31,305 nucleotides of DNA from the NCBI GenBank assembly GCA_027014065.1, contig JALWEL010000144.1, positions 1-31,305 of the forward strand. The letters are read 5' to 3'. The notes beneath the pieces were generated by a model. The model was not told where the DNA came from and made no database searches. It saw only the letters and a program-made list of their open reading frames with translations. The translations under genes were made by a program, and so were the position numbers. The stretch is from DHVE2 group archaeon. Its GTDB lineage: Archaea > Thermoplasmatota > Thermoplasmata > Thermoplasmatales > Aciduliprofundaceae. Below are positions 25,899 through 31,305 of the stretch, piece by piece (position 1 is the first letter of the stretch; the number at the start of each line of letters is the position of its first letter).

Positions 25899-27236
25899 TC
25901 ACAGGAATCTCAGGGTTCTTTCCATTATATCGTGGGCTATGTTTATCTCGTCCTCGGTGATGATCAGCGGCGGTCTGAAGCGTATGCCGCGTGCTCCGCT
26001 CTTCAGCACTAACAATCCGTTGTGGTATGCCTCGGAGAAGAACTTATCCCTCATTTCCGTCGTAGCGAGATCGAATGCGTCGAATATTCCTCTTCCCCTC
26101 ACATTGCTCACTTTGTCTGGATACTTCTCTTCTAATTCGTGGAGCATCTTGAGCATGTACTCTCCCATCTTAGCCGCGTTATCCACAAGCTTATCCTCGT
26201 GTATGATCTCGATTATTCTCTGTGCCTTTACCATGTCCACGATGTTACCGCCCCAGGTGGAGTTTATCCTGCTTGGCACATGGAACACATTGTCCTCGAC
26301 CTCATCCACCTTCGGACCCACCATTATACCGCAGACCTTCATCTTCTTGCCGAATGACATTATGTCCGGTTGCACATCGAAGTGCTCGTGGGCCCACCAC
26401 TTGCCAGTGGCGCCAACACCCGTCTGAACCTCATCAACGATGAACATTATGTCGTTCTTCTTCGTGATTTCTTCCACGGCCTTGAAATACTCTTTGCGGA
26501 AATGGTTATCTCCGCCCTCGCCCTGGATTGGCTCCATTATGAACGCTGCGATATCCTCTTGATGTTTGTCGATGGCTTCCTGAATCTCTTCGAGGCTCTT
26601 CTTTTCCATCTCCTTAACCTTCTCTAGATTCTCCCCTTCCAGCGGGAACGTGATTTTAGGATTCGTGACGCGAGGCCAGTCGAATTTGGGGAAGTACTTG
26701 GTCTTGTTCGGGTCGAATGTGTTCGTAAGCGCTAGAGTGTATCCTGAGCGGCCGTGGAACGCTTCTTTTAGGTGTATAACTTTGTACCCTTTCTCTCCCT
26801 TTCCCGCGGCTATGTTCTTGCGGACTTTCCAATCGAAAGCGGTTTTCAAAGCGTTCTCGACCGCCAGCGCTCCGCCGGAGACGAAGAAGAAATAACGGAA
26901 ATACGAAGGCGTTGCATATTTTGAGAGTGTATCAACGAATTCCGCATACTCAACGGTGTAAATGTCGCTGTTCGTTATCTTGTTTATGGCGGTCCTCTGC
27001 AACTTCTTCAGAAATTCCGCCTCGAACATTCCGGGGTGATTCATTCCCAGCGCGCTGGTGGCGAAGAATCCAAAGAAATCCAGGAAGTACTTACTGTGCC
27101 TTGCGTCGTACAACCACATTCCGTGGCTCTTGTCGATGTCCAGCACCATGTCCAGGCCGTCGGTCAAAATTCTCTTTCCCAAAACCTCATGAACTTCCTT
27201 TGGCGATATCATGGTTGGGGCATGGGACTCGCTCAT
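25899..27236 (-). CDS. lat: L-lysine 6-transaminase (class III PLP aminotransferase)
   Basis: 'LDFFGFFATSALGMNHP', 'FFVSGGALAVENALKTAFDWK', 'AFHGRSGY', 'EPIQGEGGDNH', 'DEVQTG', PLP Lys 'SFGKK' and 'RINSTWGGN'. Confidence 0.88.
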   Translation of the reverse strand: MSESHAPTMISPKEVHEVLGKRILTDGLDMVLDIDKSHGMWLYDARHSKYFLDFFGFFATSALGMNHPGMFEAEFLKKLQRTAINKITNSDIYTVEYAEFVDTLSKYATPSYFRYFFFVSGGALAVENALKTAFDWKVRKNIAAGKGEKGYKVIHLKEAFHGRSGYTLALTNTFDPNKTKYFPKFDWPRVTNPKITFPLEGENLEKVKEMEKKSLEEIQEAIDKHQEDIAAFIMEPIQGEGGDNHFRKEYFKAVEEITKKNDIMFIVDEVQTGVGATGKWWAHEHFDVQPDIMSFGKKMKVCGIMVGPKVDEVEDNVFHVPSRINSTWGGNIVDMVKAQRIIEIIHEDKLVDNAAKMGEYMLKMLHELEEKYPDKVSNVRGRGIFDAFDLATTEMRDKFFSEAYHNGLLVLKSGARGIRFRPPLIITEDEINIAHDIMERTLRFL

Positions 27237-27246
27237 ATATATCTTT

Positions 27247-30200
27247 CTAACAATCTCCGCACAGCTCGTCTATTTCTTTCACAATCTTATCTAACCCCAT
27301 TTTCAAGTACATGTTTTTCGCTTTTTTCAGGTACTCCTTTCCTCGCGGGTCATTCAATTCCATCAGTACTTTTCCGTAGCGGTAATAAGAGTCCACCACA
27401 GAGGACACGTAGCCTCCTTCTTTTATTTCTTCTATCGCTTTTTTGAACTCTTCCTCTCCTGTCTCTCCATTTTTATCCTTAAGAATTGCGAGAAATAGAT
27501 GATAATTGCCTGCTATTTCTTTATCTCCGCTCTCGTCGGACAACTTTTTAAGCTCTTCCAAGCAATTTTCAGCGGAGCTGTACATGGAAGATAACACAAT
27601 AGTTTCGCAGAGAGTTATTAGGTATTCTGGATACGCGTCCATATCGCTTTTCATCTTTTCCACGAGTTCCTCTTCGGATTTCAATATCTTTAGGGCTTCT
27701 TCGTACTTTCCCATCTTTGTAAAAATCCTTGCAATTCCCACAATACCCATCATTCGAACCTTGATGTAGTTGTTCTTCTTGGCAATATTCAGAGCTTTCG
27801 TTATGTGTTTCATCGCCTCATCGTAATCTCCCATTCTCATCTTGTACACGCCGAGCCATATTTCCGCCGAAGCGGCAAACTGGTAATCGTTGAGCCTGTT
27901 GTAAATTTTTATCGCCTTCTGGATATATTCTATTGATTTTTTGTAGTTTCCGAGGTCAGCGTACAGACCTCCTAAGTTGTAGTAAGATGTAGCAACGTTC
28001 CTCATGTCACCTGTCTTCAAATGCAACTCCATCGCTTTCTCCAGGTATTCTTTAACCATCTGTAAGTTGCCTATGGAGTAGTAGAGAATGCCAATGTTGT
28101 TGTATGCAAAGGCCATGCCTCTCAGATCCCCTGCTTTTTTAGCCAATTCGTACATTTTCTGGTATTTTTCCAGAGCCTCCTGTGGTTTGCCCAAGACATC
28201 GTAAATTATACCCAGTATGTTGTACGTGGATATGAGTATTTTGTAGCTTGAACTCTCCTTGGCGTTTTCCATGGCCATCTTCGCATACTCCAAGCCCTCT
28301 TTGTACCTCGATTGGTGAAATCGCAAGCTGGCTAAGTTTGCGTAGGCATTCGCTATTTCTCTCTTTTCTCCCGTTCTTTTGGCGAATTTAAGAAACTCTT
28401 CGTAGTATTTTTCCGCATCATCTAATCTCCCCTGCCTTATGCTCAGCGTTCCCAAGGTCTCTTTTATTCTTTCCCTTATTTCCTCGTCCCCTTCCTTTTG
28501 GGCCATCTCCAAATTTTTTCGAGCGGAGTCGTACTCTCCCAAATCAACTTGAATTGCTGCAATTTTCCAGAATATCCGCGCATCCTCTCTTATCTCTAAA
28601 ATCTTTTTGAAATCCTCCAAGGCCTCTCTGTACCTGCCCGTGATTTTCTCCAGATCCCCAACTTTTTCTAAAATGTCCACGATTTCTTCTTTAATATCAA
28701 ATTTCTCGGCGATTTCCAGCGCTTTTTTGTAGAAATCTATTGCGTTTTCCAGAGCGTACATTCCCACGGCGCTCTCGGCCGCGCGCTTGAGATATTCGAT
28801 CGCAATTCTTTTTTTAGACATATAATAATGATAGGCTGCTTTGAACGGCGATCTATTTGAGTAGTACTCTCCAAGCTTTTTGTGGAATTTCACCTTTAAA
28901 TCCGGCGCAATGTTCCCGTATATTTGCTCCCAAATCATGGCCCCCTTGAACCTTATCATTTCTCCGATTTCGATAAAATCCTCATAGCCACTCATTTCCT
29001 TTTTCCATTTGTCGCCTAAAATTTCTTTCGCTTCTCTTTCATCGATTTCCATGCCCATGGCCGATAGAAATCTCAGGTAGTAGAGGGTTGTGTCGTCCAG
29101 TTTGCTGAGCTGGTATTCTATGCTTTCCGCAACCGTATCCGGTATGAACTTCTCGCCGGAGAATTTAGCGAGTTCTTTAATAAGGAGAGGGTGCCCGCCG
29201 GTTTTTTTGTACGCTTCATCTTTTTTCTCTATACCCAGTGAGTCCATCAATTCCTCCGCATCTTCCCTTTTCAGCGGGCCTAAACGAATAATTTCCGTGT
29301 TTTCGTAGTCGAACATATCTCTAATTATTTTCGCTTTTCTCGTGAGTGCGATTTCCTCTCCCCTATACGATATTATGAATAGCACACCTTTGGGCATGCT
29401 TCTTGCTATGTAGTTGAGCATCTCCATTGAGTTTGAGTCGGCCCACTGGATATCTTCCATTATTATCGCAACCCTCTTTTCCTTGGCTAAATTTTCCAGA
29501 AATTCTAAAAAGGACTCGTATATTTTGTACTGGGACATCTGTATGTCCTCGCCCTCCTCTTTTATTTCCCCCAAAGAGCTGAAGAATACCAATTCGGAAG
29601 GGGTCATGGAGGAAGTACTCACATACACCTTTCTCCCATGGAGCATGGCAACGTCCCCGATATATTTTAGCCATACGTAAATTTCCTCGAGGGAATTGTA
29701 ATCGATTAAGCTTCTCATGCAGTCCAATCCTATGTCTCTCTCTTTCAGTTCCTTCATTATCTTGTCCAATAGGGCGAAGTGGGGCATGCTTGGTCGTAGC
29801 TCAGAGGATTCCGAAATCCAGTAATCTCCCCCTTTATTTTCGGAGAACAGAACCACGCCGTGGGGCAGGGTCGGGGTGAAAATCAGATTTTTCTCCCCTT
29901 TTTCCGAGAAGCGAAATCGATAAACATGGGTGAAAAGAGAGCTCAATTTTTTGAAGTTTTCCTCTTTGCAACTTCTAAAATCTCCGGAAACGATTATAGT
30001 GCCTCTATTTGCGGAGTATATGTCCCTGAGGAACATGAGAACCTTTTCTAGGCCTAACGAGTAAATCAAATAGTTTATGTTCTCTATGAGCACCCTCGGC
30101 TCCTTTTCCTCGCGGATATAATTTACCAGTTTGTCCAGAATTTTTGAGTCTATTTCGTAGGGTTTTATCCCGTTTTCAACATCCAACTCCGTGATGAACA

Positions 30201-30609
30201 CTCCGTCGTTTCTGAGGGAGGATATGATTAAGCCCCCTCCTATTTCTTCCAGTATTTTTCTTCAGAATGTCCCGCTTGGCTCGTCCACCAGAGCGAATGC
30301 CTTCTTTCCCTTCAACTTTTCTCCGATTTTTTTCGCCATTCGGTACTCTTCTTTCTTCGGAATGTCCACTATGTTTTCCACATCGAATGCCTTTGTGAAC
30401 AGGGAATACGGAATGTACTGGGAGCCCACATCTCCCCGCGATTCGTAAATTTGAAAATCTCCGAGTTCTTCCTTTAATTTTTCCAAAAGGCTCGTTTTGC
30501 CTATGCCCGCAGAACCTTCGATGATAATGAATGAGTTCTCACCGTGTCTAACAACATCAGCTAAGGTTCTCAATCTTGCAAGCTCCTTCACCCGTCCAAC
30601 AAACATCAT
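27247..30609 (-). pseudogene. STAND/AAA_16-type NTPase with two inserted DUF835-like domains and C-terminal TPRs, interrupted by one in-frame TGA at 30262-30264 (pseudogene, readthrough or sequencing error)
   Basis: The ORFs 30262..30609 and 27247..30201 are in the same frame, and the intervening codons read openly (F-TGA-RKILEEIGGGLIISSLRNDG-V). Walker A GSAGIGKT (30493-30516) lies before the stop. Walker B 'IIMEDIQWAD', 'TGGHPLLI' and the TPRs lie after it. Confidence 0.8.
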
Positions 30610-30646
30610 GGTAGTATGGGGAAATGGGATAAATAAGTTATCCGAG

Positions 30647-31305
30647 TTATCTCACTTCAGAAATTTTCGACACCCCGTTCTCCTTTTCAACCACGAAAAT
30701 TTCATCCGCTAAATTTCTCAGCTCTTTCTCGTGGCTCACTATGATTATCTGGTCCGTGTCCATCTTCTCCAATATGTCCTTCACCTTGTAAAGCTGGTCT
30801 TTGCTGAACCCGTCCGTGGGCTCGTCTAATATGAGAAGATTGCTTTTGAGCCCCAGAGCCTTTTTAACCATGGTGTTGAGCGCGAGGCGATATGCCAGAG
30901 CAACTGAAGTCCTCTCTCCTCCGCTGAGCGTGCCAAGGGGCATGTCGTATTTTTCGTACCTTATTATCGGCTTGAAGTTCTCATCGATGGTGGCGTCGTA
31001 GTCGCTCTCTCCGAGGAGTTCGTGGAACCCCTCTTCGAAGAGCATTCTGAACTCGTCCTTTATCACGGATAACCGCATCTTCTCGATGTCTTCCAGCGCG
31101 GGCTTGAATTTCTCGTCTAACCAGTTCACCATCTCCGTTTTCTTTTTTCCCTCCTCTATTTTTTCCCTGAGCTCTTTCACTTTTTCTCTTTTCGCCCTTA
31201 TCTCATCATCTTTTCTTTTTATCTCCTCGTGGATTCCGTTTACCCTCTCCCGAACCTTCGCGTGCTCTTCCCGCACCTCGCTCAGTTTCTTTCTCTCTTT
31301 TTCGT
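30647..31305 (-). CDS. Rad50/SMC-family ATPase, C-terminal part (5' end outside the window)
   Basis: Coiled coil followed by the signature 'LSGGERTSVALAYRLAL', Walker B 'LILDEPT' and H-loop 'IIVSHE'. The frame is open to the window end. Confidence 0.85.
   Translation of the reverse strand, partial: EKERKKLSEVREEHAKVRERVNGIHEEIKRKDDEIRAKREKVKELREKIEEGKKKTEMVNWLDEKFKPALEDIEKMRLSVIKDEFRMLFEEGFHELLGESDYDATIDENFKPIIRYEKYDMPLGTLSGGERTSVALAYRLALNTMVKKALGLKSNLLILDEPTDGFSKDQLYKVKDILEKMDTDQIIIVSHEKELRNLADEIFVVEKENGVSKISEVR

Noticed and set aside
25366-25902. ORFs 25366..25806 (+) and 25594..25902 (-)
   Set aside because: They run across the tRNA-Leu gene and its promoter and have no recognisable protein features.
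30262-30264. Selenocysteine recoding of the in-frame TGA
   Set aside because: No Sec-type protein context, no evident SECIS, and Sec use in archaea is limited to a few other lineages.
1-31305. CRISPR arrays, transposases, integrases, rRNA
   Set aside because: No regularly spaced repeats, transposase or integrase motifs, or rRNA-like sequence seen.

Overview
Archaeal chromosomal window. The gene set points to Thermoplasmata, most likely an Aciduliprofundum-like (DHVE2) organism: an HTa-type HU protein together with Topo VI (which Thermoplasmatales proper lack), a DUF6015-like protein, a giant AglB fusion and GGAGGTGA Shine-Dalgarno motifs. The taxonomy is inference. Housekeeping content: HU, top6A/top6B, an HDAC-family protein, AglB, NMD3, ABCE1, RaSEA, tRNA-Leu(CAA), L-lysine 6-transaminase and a Rad50/SMC-like C-terminus. 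The most striking uncharacterised element is a tightly coupled 8-gene operon (about 7662-13506). It encodes a small beta-rich protein, a V4R protein, a single-domain KaiC/RAD55 ATPase, a roadblock-like fusion, a coiled-coil/winged-helix protein, two paralogous V4R-like proteins (one Cys/His-rich, one stripped of those residues) and a GNAT acetyltransferase. A palindromic operator-like element and a TATA box precede it. It looks like a self-contained, kinase-free signalling or regulatory complex. Other notable items: a putative toxin-antitoxin pair, a STAND-DUF835-TPR gene interrupted by a single in-frame TGA, and a GC-rich structured element that duplicates the 3' end of tRNA-Leu. All family assignments come from motif recognition by eye; no database searches were run.
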